Shown here: piece after piece, positions 39,763 through 50,698 of the stretch
Layout: the number at the start of each line of letters is the position of its first letter
Position numbering within the stretch: position 1 is the stretch's first letter
Source of the DNA: Gallionellaceae bacterium
GTDB lineage: Bacteria > Pseudomonadota > Gammaproteobacteria > Burkholderiales > Gallionellaceae
Direction: 5' to 3'
DNA length: 64,000 nucleotides
Assembly: GCA_004297065.1 (NCBI GenBank)
Contig: SCUU01000042.1
Span: 2,312 to 66,311, forward strand
Notes under the pieces: generated by a model
Database searches by the model: none
What the model saw: the letters and a program-made list of their open reading frames with translations, nothing else
What the model was told of the DNA's origin: nothing
Program-made: the position numbers and the translations under genes

Positions 39763-40947
39763 ATGTCCGTTAACAAAATGACCGATTTGGCCCTTAAGGG
39801 CAAACGCGTCTTAATCCGCTCCGACCTCAATGTGCCAGTCAAAGACGGCAAAGTGACTTCCGATGCGCGCATCACCGCATCGATGTCCACTATTAACGCA
39901 GCGCTGAAAGCGGGTGCGCGTGTGATGGTGACTTCCCATTTGGGGCGCCCTGAAGAGGGCGTGTATTCCGAAGAGAATTCGCTCAAGCCGGTGGCCGATG
40001 TGATCTCTCAAAAACTGGGTAAAACCGTGCGCCTGATCAAGGATTGGGTAGACGGCGGTTTTGAAGTTGCCGAAGGCGAATTGGTGTTGCTGGAAAACTG
40101 CCGCTTCAACAAAGGCGAAAAAAAGAGTCTCGACGAAACGGCAAAAAAATATGCGGCATTGTGCGATGTGTTCGTGATGGACGCGTTCGGTACGGCACAC
40201 CGTGCCGAGGCATCGACTCACGGCGTGGCCAAATATGCGCCCGTAGCGGCGGCGGGCATTTTGTTGACGCAAGAGCTGGAAGCGCTGACCAAAGCATTGC
40301 TCGATCCCGCGCGTCCGATGGTCGCCATCGTCGGCGGCTCCAAGGTTTCCACCAAGCTCACCGTACTGGAATCGTTATCCGAAAAGTGCGAACAACTGGT
40401 GGTCGGTGGCGGTATCGCCAACACCTTCCTCAAAGCTGCGGGCAAAAAAGTTGGCAAGTCCCTGTGCGAAGATGATCTGGTTCTAACCGCTCAAGCACTG
40501 ATGACAAAAATGTCCAAGCGCGGCGCCACCATCCCCATCGCGGTTGATGTGGTGTGCGGTAAAAAATTTGATGCCAATGAACCGGCTGTCTTGAAAGACG
40601 CGGGCGCAGTTGCCGACGACGACATGATTTTTGACATTGGCCCGAAATCTGCACAAGAGCTCGCTGACATCATCATGAAGGCCGGTACTGTGGTGTGGAA
40701 CGGTCCGGTCGGCGTGTTCGAGTTTGACCAGTTCGGCGAAGGCACCAAGACCATCGCCAAGGCCATCGCCGAAACCAAGGCGTTCACCTTGGCGGGCGGC
40801 GGCGACACCATCGCGGCCATCCAGAAGTACGACATCTACGACAAGGTGTCCTACATCTCCACCGCTGGCGGTGCGTTCCTCGAATTCCTCGAAGGCAAGA
40901 CATTGCCGGCTGTGGAAATTCTGGAACAGCGCGCTGCAAAACAATAA
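39763..40947 (+). CDS. pgk: phosphoglycerate kinase
   Basis: [25 protein letters not shown] is the canonical PGK N-terminus. The ORF opens at 39745. Confidence 0.97.
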   Translation: MSVNKMTDLALKGKRVLIRSDLNVPVKDGKVTSDARITASMSTINAALKAGARVMVTSHLGRPEEGVYSEENSLKPVADVISQKLGKTVRLIKDWVDGGFEVAEGELVLLENCRFNKGEKKSLDETAKKYAALCDVFVMDAFGTAHRAEASTHGVAKYAPVAAAGILLTQELEALTKALLDPARPMVAIVGGSKVSTKLTVLESLSEKCEQLVVGGGIANTFLKAAGKKVGKSLCEDDLVLTAQALMTKMSKRGATIPIAVDVVCGKKFDANEPAVLKDAGAVADDDMIFDIGPKSAQELADIIMKAGTVVWNGPVGVFEFDQFGEGTKTIAKAIAETKAFTLAGGGDTIAAIQKYDIYDKVSYISTAGGAFLEFLEGKTLPAVEILEQRAAKQ

Positions 40948-40960
40948 CCGTTAGGAAATC

Positions 40961-42397
40961 ATGCTGCGTAGAACAAAAATTGTAGCAACTCTGGGGCCTG
41001 CAACTAACGACCAGCAATCGTTGGAAGCGATTATCCGCGCCGGAGTCGATGTCGTGCGCATGAACTTCTCGCACGGCAGCGCGCAAGACCACATGAAGCG
41101 CGCCGAGATCGTACGTGTGGCCGCCGCATCTGCCGGGCGTACCGTCGGCATCCTTGCCGATTTGCAGGGGCCGAAAATACGCGTGCGCAAATTCGAGAAC
41201 GACAAGATCGTGCTGAATCCGGGCGATATCTTCATCCTGGATGCAGAATGGAGCGCACTGGGCAATCAGGAACGCGTCGGTCTGGACTACAAGGAATTAC
41301 CCGATGATGTGGTCAAGGGCGATGTGCTGCTGTTGAACGACGGCATGCTGGAATTCGACGTGCTCGAAGTCAAAGGCTTGCAGATCGTGTGCAAAGTCGT
41401 GCGCGGCGGCGTGCTGTCCAACAACAAGGGTATCAACCGCAAAGGCGGCGGACTGACCGCCCCTGCTTTGACCGAGAAGGACAAAGAGGATATCAAGACT
41501 GCGGCATTGATCGAGGCTGACTACCTGGCGGTTTCGTTCCCGCGCTCGGCCGGCGATATGAAGCTGGCACGCGAACTGATGCATGCAGCCGGAGGCAAGA
41601 GCCTGCTGATGGCCAAGATCGAGCGCGCGGAAGCGATCCCCGTATTGGCCGAGATCATCGATGCGTCCGATGCCATCATGGTGGCGCGCGGCGACTTGTC
41701 GGTGGAAGTCGGCGATGCGGCCGTGCCCGGTTTGCAGAAGAAGATGATCAAAATGGCGCGTGCCCACAACAAGCTGGTGATCACGGCCACGCAGATGATG
41801 GAATCGATGATCACGGCGCCTATTCCAACAAGAGCGGAAGTATCGGATGTGGCCAATGCGGTGCTGGACGGTACCGATGCGGTGATGTTGTCGGCAGAAA
41901 CCGCAGTCGGCGATTACCCGGTGGAAACCATCGAAGCGATGGTGCGCATCTGCAAACAGGCCGAGAAAGAACTTGAAGGCAGCGCGGCGGATCATCGTCT
42001 CGAACACAACAAGTTCAATCGGATCGATCAGTCCATCGCCATGTCGGCTTTGTATGCGGCCTCGCATTTCAAGGTGAAAGCCATCGTTGCACTGACCCAG
42101 TCCGGATCGACGGCATTGTGGATGTCGCGCGTGAATGCCGGTGCGCCGATCTTCGCTTTGACCCCGACCAAGGGCACGTTGAGCAAAGTCACCTTGTTCA
42201 GCGGCGTCCATCCCATCTCGTTCCATCCGTCCTCCAAAGATCCTTCAGCGACTTTGATCGAGGCCGAGAACGCTTTGCTGGATCAGGGGAGCGTAGAAGA
42301 AGGCGACCTGATCGTCATGACGATAGGTGAATCTATAGGAAAAAGCGGTCATACCAACACCATGAAGATCGTGCGTGTGGGCGATCACCGCAAGTAA
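40961..42397 (+). CDS. pyk: pyruvate kinase
   Basis: 478 aa. [15 protein letters not shown]...VVRMNFSHG motifs. Confidence 0.96.
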   Translation: MLRRTKIVATLGPATNDQQSLEAIIRAGVDVVRMNFSHGSAQDHMKRAEIVRVAAASAGRTVGILADLQGPKIRVRKFENDKIVLNPGDIFILDAEWSALGNQERVGLDYKELPDDVVKGDVLLLNDGMLEFDVLEVKGLQIVCKVVRGGVLSNNKGINRKGGGLTAPALTEKDKEDIKTAALIEADYLAVSFPRSAGDMKLARELMHAAGGKSLLMAKIERAEAIPVLAEIIDASDAIMVARGDLSVEVGDAAVPGLQKKMIKMARAHNKLVITATQMMESMITAPIPTRAEVSDVANAVLDGTDAVMLSAETAVGDYPVETIEAMVRICKQAEKELEGSAADHRLEHNKFNRIDQSIAMSALYAASHFKVKAIVALTQSGSTALWMSRVNAGAPIFALTPTKGTLSKVTLFSGVHPISFHPSSKDPSATLIEAENALLDQGSVEEGDLIVMTIGESIGKSGHTNTMKIVRVGDHRK

Positions 42398-42467
42398 TCA
42401 AGCATTGTCGGCCTGTCCGGCCGGTATTTGTAACGAATTTTTTGATTTATTTAGTGAGGAGAAAAAA

Positions 42468-43532
42468 ATGGCACTCGTATCATTGCGTCAACTACTCGAC
42501 CACGCAGCAGAGCACAGCTACGGCCTGCCCGCGTTCAACGTCAACAACCTAGAACAGGTGAAAGCCATCATGGAAGCGGCTGATGAAACCGACAGCCCGG
42601 TCATCATGCAGGGCTCCGCCGGCGCGCGCAAGTACGCTGGCGAACCGTTCCTGCGCCACCTGATCCAAGCTGCGGTGGAAATGTATCCGCATATTCCCGT
42701 CGTCATGCACCAGGACCACGGCGCATCGCCAGCAGTCTGCATCAACGCCATCAAGTCCGGCTTCTCCAGCGTGATGATGGACGGTTCGCTGAAGGAAGAC
42801 GCCAAGACCCCCGCCTCGTTCGAATACAACGTGGACGTCACCCGCCGCGTGGTTGAAATGTCCCATGCGGTGGGCGTTTCGGTGGAAGGCGAACTGGGCT
42901 GCCTGGGCTCGCTGGAAAGCGGCATGGGCGAAAAGGAAGACGGTCACGGCGCTGAGGGCGTGCTGACCCACGACCAACTGTTGACCGACCCTAACGAAGC
43001 GGCCGAGTTCGTCAAACTCACCCAAGTGGATGCGTTGGCAATCGCTATCGGCACATCGCACGGCGCGTACAAGTTCACCAAGCCGCCCACAGGCGACACC
43101 CTGGCGATCAGCCGCATCAAGGAAATCCACGCGCGCATCCCCAACACCCACTTGGTAATGCACGGTTCTTCGAGCGTACCGCAAGAATGGTTGAAGATCA
43201 TCAACGAATTCGGCGGCGCGATGCCACAGACTTACGGCGTGCCGGTTGAAGAAATCGTTGAAGGTATCAAGCACGGCGTGCGCAAAGTGAACATCGACAC
43301 CGACCTGCGTATGGCTTCCACCGGCGCAACCCGCCGCTACCTGGCGCAAAACCCCAAGGACTTCGACCCGCGCAAGTTCCTGGCCGAAACCACCAAGGCG
43401 ATGAAAGCGATCTGCAAGGCACGTTACGAAGCCTTCGGTTCCGCAGGCCAAGCCGGCAAGATCAAACCGATCGCGCTGGACGCAATGGCAATGCGTTACA
43501 TCAAGGGCGAACTGAACGCCATCGTTAAGTAA
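42468..43532 (+). CDS. fba: class II fructose-1,6-bisphosphate aldolase (Calvin-cycle subtype)
   Basis: N-terminus [36 protein letters not shown] lies upstream of the ATG at 42468. The ORF opens at 42375 inside pyk. Confidence 0.96.
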   Translation: MALVSLRQLLDHAAEHSYGLPAFNVNNLEQVKAIMEAADETDSPVIMQGSAGARKYAGEPFLRHLIQAAVEMYPHIPVVMHQDHGASPAVCINAIKSGFSSVMMDGSLKEDAKTPASFEYNVDVTRRVVEMSHAVGVSVEGELGCLGSLESGMGEKEDGHGAEGVLTHDQLLTDPNEAAEFVKLTQVDALAIAIGTSHGAYKFTKPPTGDTLAISRIKEIHARIPNTHLVMHGSSSVPQEWLKIINEFGGAMPQTYGVPVEEIVEGIKHGVRKVNIDTDLRMASTGATRRYLAQNPKDFDPRKFLAETTKAMKAICKARYEAFGSAGQAGKIKPIALDAMAMRYIKGELNAIVK

Positions 43533-43554
43533 TACATCGCATCAGGCAGCAAAT

Positions 43555-43580
43555 AAAAAGCGACCTCCGGGTCGCTTTTT
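43555..43580. terminator. bidirectional rho-independent terminator
   Basis: aaaaagcgacc-tccg-ggtcgcttttt. The stem is flanked by an A-run and a T-run, so it can terminate both fba (+) and cbbR (-) transcripts. Confidence 0.75.
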
Positions 43581-43808
43581 ATCAGCAAGTTGTTTTTCTT
43601 CAGGTTGTTTTTAAATTCACTGGCTATCGTTGCGCCGACGTATACAAGAAGCAAAATGGCTATATAGCCGACGGATGAGATCAGTAAAACACCTAGATTC
43701 ATGTTATCCCAAAGTAAATGCGCACCATTGTTTCAAGAATTCTGTAGTATCCAAACAGAAACACAATACACAGATCAGGCGGGATAAGTCTCTCTTCTAT
43801 CTGCTGTT

Positions 43809-44714
43809 TTACCCGAGCGGCGCACTCTGTGACTCTTGCAGCAAGAAGCGTTCAAATTCCTGCGCCGCCGTAGAAAGCCGCTTGTCTTTGCGCTGCACGA
43901 TGTGCCAGTGACGCATGATGGGAAAGTGCTCCACGCCGAGCACGACTAAGCGCTTCGTTTCCAATTCGAGTTCAATACCGTGGCGCGAGATGATGCCAAG
44001 ACCCATGCCGGCCTGCACGGACTGTTTGATGGCTTCATTGGTGTCCATCTCCATGTGCGCGGGCAAGGCGAGGTGGTGGCTTGCGAAGAAGCGCTCTACC
44101 ACACCGCGTGTGCCGGAGCCTTGTTCGCGCAGCAGGAAGGTTTCCGTCGCCAGTTGTTTGGGCTGGATATTTTTTTTGCGCGCCAAGGGATGTGCGGGCG
44201 CGGCAATCACCACCAGCGGGTTTTGCAAGAAGGGCTCGGCCAACATGTCGGTGCCTTCGGGAGGTTGGCCCATGATGGCGAGATCGGCGATGTTCTCGCT
44301 GAGCTGTTTGACCACGGCATCGCGGTTGGCGACGGACAAGCTGACTTGTATCTTGGGGTGGGCGTGAATGAACTTGGCGAGCAGTTGCGGCATGAAGTAG
44401 TTGGCGGTGCTCACCACGGAGATATTCAGGTGGCCGCGTTCCAGGCCTTTCATTTCGCCGAACACCGACTCCATTTCGTTGACCAGATGCAGGATGCTGC
44501 GGCTGTAATGCAGCATTTCATTTCCCGCGTCGGTGAGAAAAAGTTTTTTGCCGACCTGTTCGAACAACGGCAAGCCGATGGCATTTTCGGCCTGTTTGAT
44601 TTGCATCGACACTGCGGGCTGCGACAAATACAGTTCGGATGCCGCACGCGAATGGCTCAGGTGGCGGGCAACGCTTTCGAAGACTTGTAGTTGGCGCAGC
44701 GAAATAGGCAGCAT
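43809..44714 (-). CDS. cbbR: LysR-family transcriptional regulator, CbbR-type
   Basis: 301 aa. N-terminal LysR HTH (LRQLQVFESVARHLSHSRAASELYLSQPAVSMQIKQ). It is divergent from the RuBisCO gene. Confidence 0.9.
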   Translation of the reverse strand: MLPISLRQLQVFESVARHLSHSRAASELYLSQPAVSMQIKQAENAIGLPLFEQVGKKLFLTDAGNEMLHYSRSILHLVNEMESVFGEMKGLERGHLNISVVSTANYFMPQLLAKFIHAHPKIQVSLSVANRDAVVKQLSENIADLAIMGQPPEGTDMLAEPFLQNPLVVIAAPAHPLARKKNIQPKQLATETFLLREQGSGTRGVVERFFASHHLALPAHMEMDTNEAIKQSVQAGMGLGIISRHGIELELETKRLVVLGVEHFPIMRHWHIVQRKDKRLSTAAQEFERFLLQESQSAPLG

Positions 44715-44726
44715 GGGAATATTTAT

Positions 44727-44747
44727 ACCATAAGCCTTGCTTATGGT
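44727..44747. promoter_or_regulatory. probable CbbR operator (LysR T-N11-A palindrome)
   Basis: ACCATAAG-CCTTG-CTTATGGT is a perfect 8-5-8 inverted repeat. It contains T-N11-A (T at 44731, A at 44743). It lies in the 124-bp cbbR/cbbM divergent region. Confidence 0.55.
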
Positions 44748-44838
44748 TCACATAAAAATAATTGACTGTTATTTATAGTCGGTCAACCCTATAGTTCGCC
44801 GCGTAGCATTAAATATTGTTCACCAATCAGGAGGAAAC

Positions 44839-46218
44839 ATGGATCAGTCAGCACGTTATTCGAATCTCGATCTCAAGGAAGCCGACCTTATCAAGGGCGG
44901 CAAACACATTCTCGTTGCCTACAAAATGAAGCCTAAGGCAGGCACAGGTTACCTGGAAGCCGCCGCACACTTTGCGGCCGAGTCTTCTACCGGCACCAAC
45001 GTTGAAGTTTCCACCACCGATGATTTCACCAAGGGCGTTGACGCGCTGGTGTATCACATCGACGAAGCCACCGAAGATATGCGTATCGCCTATCCGCTGG
45101 AACTGTTCGACCGCAACGTGATCGACGGTCGCATGATGCTGGTCTCGTTCCTGACCCTGGCGATCGGTAACAACCAGGGCATGGGCGACATCGAGCACGC
45201 CAAGATGGTCGACTTCTACGTGCCGGAGCGCGCGATCCAATTGTTCGACGGCCCGACCCGCGATATTTCCGACATGTGGCGCATCTTGGGTCGCCCGATC
45301 AAGGACGGCGGCTACATCGCCGGCACCATCATCAAGCCCAAGCTGGGTCTGCGCCCCGAGCCGTTCGCCAATGCGGCTTACCAGTTCTGGCTGGGCGGCG
45401 ATTTCATCAAGAACGATGAGCCGCAAGGCAATCAGGTGTTCTGCCCGATGAAGAAGGTGATCCCGCTGGTTTATGACGCAATGAAACGCGCCCAGGACGA
45501 AACCGGCCAGGCCAAGCTGTTTTCCGCCAATATCACCGCCGACGACCATTATGAAATGTGCGCCCGCGCTGACTACATCCTCGAAACCTTTGGTCCGGAT
45601 GCAGACAAAGTGGCTTTCCTGGTGGACGGTTATGTGGGTGGCCCCGGCATGGTCACCACGGCCCGCCGTCAGTATCCCGGCCAGTATCTGCACTACCACC
45701 GCGCCGGCCACGGCGCCGTGACCTCGCCATCCGCCAAGCGCGGCTATACCGCTTTCGTGCTGGCCAAGATGAGCCGCCTGCAAGGCGCTTCCGGCATCCA
45801 CGTCGGCACCATGGGCTACGGCAAGATGGAAGGCGAAGGCGACGACCGCAACATCGCCTACATGATCGAGCGCGACGAGTGCCAGGGTCCGGTGTACTTC
45901 CAGAAGTGGTACGGCATGAAGCCCACCACCCCGATCATCTCCGGCGGCATGAACGCGTTGCGCCTGCCTGGCTTTTTCGAAAACCTGGGTCACGGCAACG
46001 TGATCAATACTGCGGGCGGCGGCTCCTACGGCCACATCGACAGCCCGGCAGCCGGTGCGATCTCCCTGCGCCAGTCGTACGAGTGCTGGAAGAGCGGTGC
46101 CGACCCGATCGAGTTCGCCAAGTCCAACAAGGAATTTGCGCGCGCGTTCGAGTCCTTCCCCAAGGATGCCGACAAGTTGTATCCGGGCTGGCGTCAGAAG
46201 CTGGGCGTTCACAAGTAA
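44839..46218 (+). CDS. cbbM: ribulose-1,5-bisphosphate carboxylase/oxygenase form II
   Basis: 459 aa. [35 protein letters not shown] is the form II N-terminus. Active-site regions [14 protein letters not shown] and YHRAGHG are present. No small-subunit gene follows. Confidence 0.98.
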   Translation: MDQSARYSNLDLKEADLIKGGKHILVAYKMKPKAGTGYLEAAAHFAAESSTGTNVEVSTTDDFTKGVDALVYHIDEATEDMRIAYPLELFDRNVIDGRMMLVSFLTLAIGNNQGMGDIEHAKMVDFYVPERAIQLFDGPTRDISDMWRILGRPIKDGGYIAGTIIKPKLGLRPEPFANAAYQFWLGGDFIKNDEPQGNQVFCPMKKVIPLVYDAMKRAQDETGQAKLFSANITADDHYEMCARADYILETFGPDADKVAFLVDGYVGGPGMVTTARRQYPGQYLHYHRAGHGAVTSPSAKRGYTAFVLAKMSRLQGASGIHVGTMGYGKMEGEGDDRNIAYMIERDECQGPVYFQKWYGMKPTTPIISGGMNALRLPGFFENLGHGNVINTAGGGSYGHIDSPAAGAISLRQSYECWKSGADPIEFAKSNKEFARAFESFPKDADKLYPGWRQKLGVHK

Positions 46219-46232
46219 GACAAACGCTGTGT

Positions 46233-46269
46233 AAAAAAAGCCCCTGCCGGAATTTGCAGGGGCTTTTTT
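46233..46269 (+). terminator. strong rho-independent terminator after cbbM
   Basis: aaaaaaa-gcccctgc-cggaattt-gcaggggc-tttttt: an 8-bp GC-rich stem followed by a T-run. Confidence 0.8.
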
Positions 46270-46304
46270 AACCCCAATCATTTTGAAATTAAAGCCGTTC
46301 TATC

Positions 46305-46459
46305 CGCAGATTACGCAGATTAGCGCAGATTAAACCCACTTAACCTATTAGGCGGCGAAGCAATTGTAGGAGCGGCTTTAGCCGCGAATGGCTTCAACGA
46401 CGAGGAGGTGACTTTACGATTAGCCAGCAAAAAATCTGCGTTAATCTGCGTAATCTGAT
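46305..46459. mobile_element. MITE/REP-like element with 28-bp terminal inverted repeats built from tandem 9-mers
   Basis: The left arm is CGCAGATTA x3 (46305-13, 46314-22, 46324-32). The right arm is its reverse complement, TAATCTGCG-type x3 (46432-40, 46442-50, 46451-59). The arms match at 24/28 positions. The ~100-bp core contains a REP-like hairpin tgtaggaGCGGCtttaGCCGCgaat. Confidence 0.5.
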
Positions 46460-46549
46460 GAAACTACTAGCCAATCCACTAAGCCAGCAAGCTGGCAAGT
46501 GGCTGGTTATGCGGACAAAAGTTTTTTGATGCACAAAACGGAGAGCAGC

Positions 46550-47365
46550 ATGAGCGACAAGTTCGACATCAAGCAATACAGCATCGGCAAAGAACCGTTT
46601 TATCAGGCGCAGAGCAATGAAGTCGCGCTGTACGAAGCCGCTTATACCGCGCGTTTGCCGGTGATGCTCAAAGGCCCGACCGGATGCGGTAAATCGCGTT
46701 TCGTCGAGCATATGGCCTGGAAGCTGGGCAAGCCGCTGATTACCGTCGCCTGCAACGAAGACATGACCGCGTCCGACCTGGTCGGGCGCTACCTGCTGGA
46801 TGCCAGCGGCACGCGCTGGCTGGACGGTCCGCTGACTTTGGCGGCGCGCTATGGCGCAATCTGCTATCTCGATGAAATCGTCGAAGCGCGTCAGGACACC
46901 ACCGTGGTGATCCACCCGCTGACCGACCATCGCCGTACTTTGCCTTTGGATAAAAAAGGCGAACTGGTCGAGGCGCACCCCGATTTCCAACTGGTAATTT
47001 CCTACAATCCCGGCTACCAGAACCTGATGAAGGATTTGAAGCAATCCACCAAACAGCGCTTTGCCGGACTGGAATTCGATTACGCCAAGAGCGAAGTCGA
47101 AATCGGCATCATCAGCAAGGAAACCGGCATCTCCGCCGACATCTCGGCCAAGCTGGTGAAAATCGGCGAGACCGCGCGCAACCTGAAAGGCCACGGCCTG
47201 GACGAAGGCATCTCCACACGCCTGCTGGTGTACGCGGCCACGCTCATCCAGCAAGGCATCGCCCCGCGCGATGCCTGCCGCATGGCCTTGGTGCGCCCGA
47301 TCACCGACGATGCCGATATTCGCGACACGCTGGATCACGCGATTGATGCCGTGTTTGAGGCTTAA
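46550..47365 (+). CDS. cbbQ: RuBisCO activase CbbQ (MoxR-type AAA+ ATPase)
   Basis: Walker A motif GPTGCGKS in a CbbQ/NirQ/NorQ-like sequence. The ATG at 46550 (MSDKFDIKQY) is preceded by GGAGAG. The ORF opens at 46499. Confidence 0.95.
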   Translation: MSDKFDIKQYSIGKEPFYQAQSNEVALYEAAYTARLPVMLKGPTGCGKSRFVEHMAWKLGKPLITVACNEDMTASDLVGRYLLDASGTRWLDGPLTLAARYGAICYLDEIVEARQDTTVVIHPLTDHRRTLPLDKKGELVEAHPDFQLVISYNPGYQNLMKDLKQSTKQRFAGLEFDYAKSEVEIGIISKETGISADISAKLVKIGETARNLKGHGLDEGISTRLLVYAATLIQQGIAPRDACRMALVRPITDDADIRDTLDHAIDAVFEA

Positions 47366-47374
47366 GCCAGTGCA

Positions 47375-49618
47375 ATGACCGCTACCGTAGAAGAGCGCCA
47401 AAAACTGCAATGCAAGTTCGCACGCGTGCAAAACGTGTTCGACGATTGCATTGCAGATGCCCGCAAGCACTTGAGCGCGCCGGGTATAGACGCTTACATC
47501 GAGGGCGCAAACGCCATCAACCGCACCGGGCGCGGCGAAGAGCCGGTGCTGGAATTTCTGGAAGAGATGCCGCAGATCGCCGCCATTCTCGGCGAGGGCG
47601 TCATCGAAGAGGTGGTGACGTTTACGCGCACGCTGGCGAAATCGCCCAACAGTAAAGCCATCCCGAATTTTTTGCAGAGCCTGGGTGCGGCGGCACGCGC
47701 ATTGGAGAGCCGTGGGCTGTTCACGGAATACCTTAATCTGGTGGTGCAAACTGCGGTTCGTACCAGCCCGAAAGTACACGGCATCGACTCGATGTATACC
47801 AGTCCATGCCTGCCGGATTTTCTGGACAGCGTACCGCATTTGTTCAGCCTGCTCTCGCTCGGCGGTATCAAGAAGTGGGTTGATTATGGTGCCCTCGCTT
47901 ACCCGAACGATCCCGACCGCCAGCAAGAATATTTCCAGATGAAAACCGCCGACAGCCGCGCGGTAATACAACGCGAACGTCACGGTACGCTGTTTACCGA
48001 CAGCGAACGCAAGCTGGATTTGTACCTGCGCGGTTTGTGGCAAAACGATGCGCAATTCGTCCCTTACTCACTGGCCTTCGACGAAATTCGCAAACCCGTT
48101 CCATACCTGAACGAACAGGGTCTGCATTTGCCGGACGTGTACGACGACTTGCCCAACGGCGTGCGCGGTATCGACCGCTATCGCGCACTGCTGGCCCACC
48201 TCAGCGCGCATCGCCGCTGGACCACCGCGCTGATCGCCGATAACCTCAGCCCATTCCAGCGCATGGCGGTCGAAGTGTTCGAAGATGCGCGCGTGGAATA
48301 TTTGGCGATGCGGGAATTCCCCGGATTGCGCTCGATCTGGTGCAAGTTGCATCCGATCCCCAATCAAAATCTGGTCATGGATGCCGGCGTCTCGTACATA
48401 CGTCATCGTTTGGCCATATTGTCGCGAGCGTTATTGGATTCGAACCATACTTACGACAATCCCCTCATTCTGAAATATGTCGCCCGCTTTAATGAATTGA
48501 TGGCGAAAGGGAATACTCGCACTGTTGACGTTCAATTGTTGGGGGTGCAATTCATCGCCGAGAGCAAAGTTGCAAGCGACTCGTCGGGCAAGGTCTATTT
48601 CAACAATACCGAGGTGGAGTACCGCGACGACAACCGCATGATGTGGCTGTTCATCGAGGAAGGCGATGAAGAGACCTATGAAGAACGCCCGCGCCCCCCG
48701 GTCGAAGCCGAGGACGAATTCAAGGTTCCGCCGCGCATGTACCCCGAATGGGACTACAGCGCCGGGCATTACCGCCCTGACTGGGTGAGCCTGTACGAAC
48801 ACTTGCAGCCCAAGGGCAATCCGGCGCACATCGACCGGTTGCTGGCCAAGCACAGCGCGCTGGCCAAACGCCTGAAGAAAATTATCGACCTGCTCAAACC
48901 GCAGAACAAAGTGCGCATCCGCTACCAGGAAGAAGGCGCGGAACTCGACCTCGATGTGGCCGTGCGTTCGCTGATCGACTTCAAGAGCGGCGCGCAGCCC
49001 GATGTGCGCATCAACATGAGCCATCGCCATGACGGGCGCAGCGTGGCCGTTTCCTTGTTGCTCGATCTTTCCGCTTCGCTGGGTGATGTGCCGGAAGGCT
49101 GTGCGCAAAGCAAGCTTGAATTAAGCCAAGAAGCCGTGTCGCTATTGGCATGGGCGGTAGACCAAATGGGCGACCCGCTGGCGATAGGTGGCTTCCATTC
49201 CGATACGCGCCACAACGTACGCTATTGGCATTTCAAGGGCTATAACGAGCCTTGGGGCGATGAGGTAAAAGGCCGCTTGGCGGGCATGGAAGCAAATTTC
49301 TCCACGCGCATGGGTGCGGCAGTCCGCCACGCCGGACATTATTTGAAACATCAGCAGGCCGACAAAAAACTGTTGCTGGTGCTCACCGACGGCGAACCCG
49401 CCGACATCGACACCGGCGATACGCACCTGCTGATTGAAGATGCCCGCATCGCGGTGCGCGAACTGGATCGGGAAGGCATCTACACCTTCTGCATCAATCT
49501 TGATCCCAAGGCGGATGAATACGTGGAGGACATTTTCGGTAAGCATTATGCGGTGATCGACAATGTTGAACGCCTACCGGAACGGTTGCCGCAATTGTTT
49601 ATGTCGTTAGTCAAATAA
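47375..49618 (+). CDS. cbbO: RuBisCO activase adaptor CbbO (C-terminal VWA domain)
   Basis: 747 aa directly after cbbQ. The C-terminal region is VWA-like with MIDAS-type residues (LLLDLSASL...LLLVLTDGEP). Confidence 0.92.
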   Translation: MTATVEERQKLQCKFARVQNVFDDCIADARKHLSAPGIDAYIEGANAINRTGRGEEPVLEFLEEMPQIAAILGEGVIEEVVTFTRTLAKSPNSKAIPNFLQSLGAAARALESRGLFTEYLNLVVQTAVRTSPKVHGIDSMYTSPCLPDFLDSVPHLFSLLSLGGIKKWVDYGALAYPNDPDRQQEYFQMKTADSRAVIQRERHGTLFTDSERKLDLYLRGLWQNDAQFVPYSLAFDEIRKPVPYLNEQGLHLPDVYDDLPNGVRGIDRYRALLAHLSAHRRWTTALIADNLSPFQRMAVEVFEDARVEYLAMREFPGLRSIWCKLHPIPNQNLVMDAGVSYIRHRLAILSRALLDSNHTYDNPLILKYVARFNELMAKGNTRTVDVQLLGVQFIAESKVASDSSGKVYFNNTEVEYRDDNRMMWLFIEEGDEETYEERPRPPVEAEDEFKVPPRMYPEWDYSAGHYRPDWVSLYEHLQPKGNPAHIDRLLAKHSALAKRLKKIIDLLKPQNKVRIRYQEEGAELDLDVAVRSLIDFKSGAQPDVRINMSHRHDGRSVAVSLLLDLSASLGDVPEGCAQSKLELSQEAVSLLAWAVDQMGDPLAIGGFHSDTRHNVRYWHFKGYNEPWGDEVKGRLAGMEANFSTRMGAAVRHAGHYLKHQQADKKLLLVLTDGEPADIDTGDTHLLIEDARIAVRELDREGIYTFCINLDPKADEYVEDIFGKHYAVIDNVERLPERLPQLFMSLVK

Positions 49619-49694
49619 TCAAGCATGGAGAGCAGTAGCGAAAACAGGTAAAATCCGCAGGTTACAAAATTCAATTTAATTGGGAGAGAGCGGC

Positions 49695-50696
49695 ATGAGC
49701 AAGAATCTGATTCAATTCATCATCGAAGAAGAACGCCACATCGCGGGCGCGACCGGCGATTTCACCGACCTGCTGGGCGACATCACTATCGCCTGCAAGA
49801 AGATCGCGCACGCGGTGAATAAGGGCGCATTGATCGGCGTGTTGGGCAGCGCCGGCAGCGAGAACATCCAGGGCGAGACACAGAAGAAGCTGGACGTTAT
49901 CACCAACGACATTTTCATCGCCGAAAACGAGTGGGGCGGCCACCTCGCTGCGATGGCTTCGGAAGAAATGGACGAAATCTATCCTATCCCGGCCAAGTAT
50001 CCCAAGGGCAAGTACCTGCTGACCTTCGACCCGCTGGACGGTTCTTCCAACATCGACGTGAATATCTCCGTCGGTACGATTTTCTCCATCCTGCGCTGCC
50101 CTGAGGGCGTGAGCAACCCGACCACTGCCGACTTCCTGCAGCCCGGCACCAAGCAAGTGTGCGCAGGCTACGCGCTGTACGGCCCCTCCACCATGCTGGT
50201 GCTGACCACCGGCAATGGCGTGAACGGCTTCACGCTGGATAACGACATCGGCGAATTCATGCTGACCCACCCCAAGATGAGTATCGCCGCAGACACGCAA
50301 GAATTCGCCATCAACATGTCCAACCGCCGTTACTGGGAAGAGCCAGTGCAGCGTTACGTGGAAGAATGTGTCAAGGGCAAGGACGGCGGTCGCGAGAAGA
50401 ATTTCAACATGCGCTGGGTTGCTTCCATGGTTGCCGAGGTACACCGCATCCTGACCCGCGGCGGTATCTTCATGTATCCGTTCGACACCAAAGAACCCGG
50501 CAAGGCTGGCAAGCTGCGCCTGATGTACGAAGCCAACCCGATGTCCTTCATCGTCGAGCAGGCTGGCGGCGTGAGCTCCACCGGTCGCGAGCGCATCATG
50601 GAATTGAAACCAAATGGCCTGCATCAGCGCGTGCCAGTGATCCTCGGCTCGAAGAACGAGGTCGAGCGCGTGGTGGGTTACCATAAGGGAGCGTAA
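49695..50696 (+). CDS. fbp: class 1 fructose-1,6-bisphosphatase
   Basis: [13 protein letters not shown] and GGIFMYP motifs. ATG at 49695 ([10 protein letters not shown]). Confidence 0.95.
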   Translation: MSKNLIQFIIEEERHIAGATGDFTDLLGDITIACKKIAHAVNKGALIGVLGSAGSENIQGETQKKLDVITNDIFIAENEWGGHLAAMASEEMDEIYPIPAKYPKGKYLLTFDPLDGSSNIDVNISVGTIFSILRCPEGVSNPTTADFLQPGTKQVCAGYALYGPSTMLVLTTGNGVNGFTLDNDIGEFMLTHPKMSIAADTQEFAINMSNRRYWEEPVQRYVEECVKGKDGGREKNFNMRWVASMVAEVHRILTRGGIFMYPFDTKEPGKAGKLRLMYEANPMSFIVEQAGGVSSTGRERIMELKPNGLHQRVPVILGSKNEVERVVGYHKGA

Positions 50697-50698
50697 GT

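Noticed and set aside
43496-43702. A 68-aa hydrophobic small ORF that could be a type I toxin-like peptide.
   Set aside because: The reading frame runs through the bidirectional terminator hairpin (codons KSDPEVAF) and 37 nt into fba. A transcript ending at the terminator would therefore lack a stop codon. The Shine-Dalgarno sequence is weak. I kept it only as a note in the AT-rich spacer finding.
44848-46281. A 477-aa ORF antisense to cbbM. Similar long antisense ORFs occur at 46394-48055 (opposite cbbQ/cbbO), 57782-59290 (opposite amtB), 5193-6425 (opposite atpD), 49671-50684 (opposite fbp), 38662-39693 (opposite gap), 41297-42226 (opposite pyk) and 51242-52105 (opposite purC).
   Set aside because: Each lies exactly opposite a gene with unmistakable family motifs. 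Their translations are Arg/Gly/His/Ala-rich low-complexity sequences typical of shadow ORFs in GC-rich coding DNA. None has motifs I recognise.
46401-46460. A mini-ORF (GTG ACT TTA ... TGA, about 16 codons) preceded by GAGGAG inside the MITE-like element.
   Set aside because: The Shine-Dalgarno-like tract abuts the GTG with no spacer, and the peptide is encoded by the terminal repeat itself. It is most likely fortuitous.
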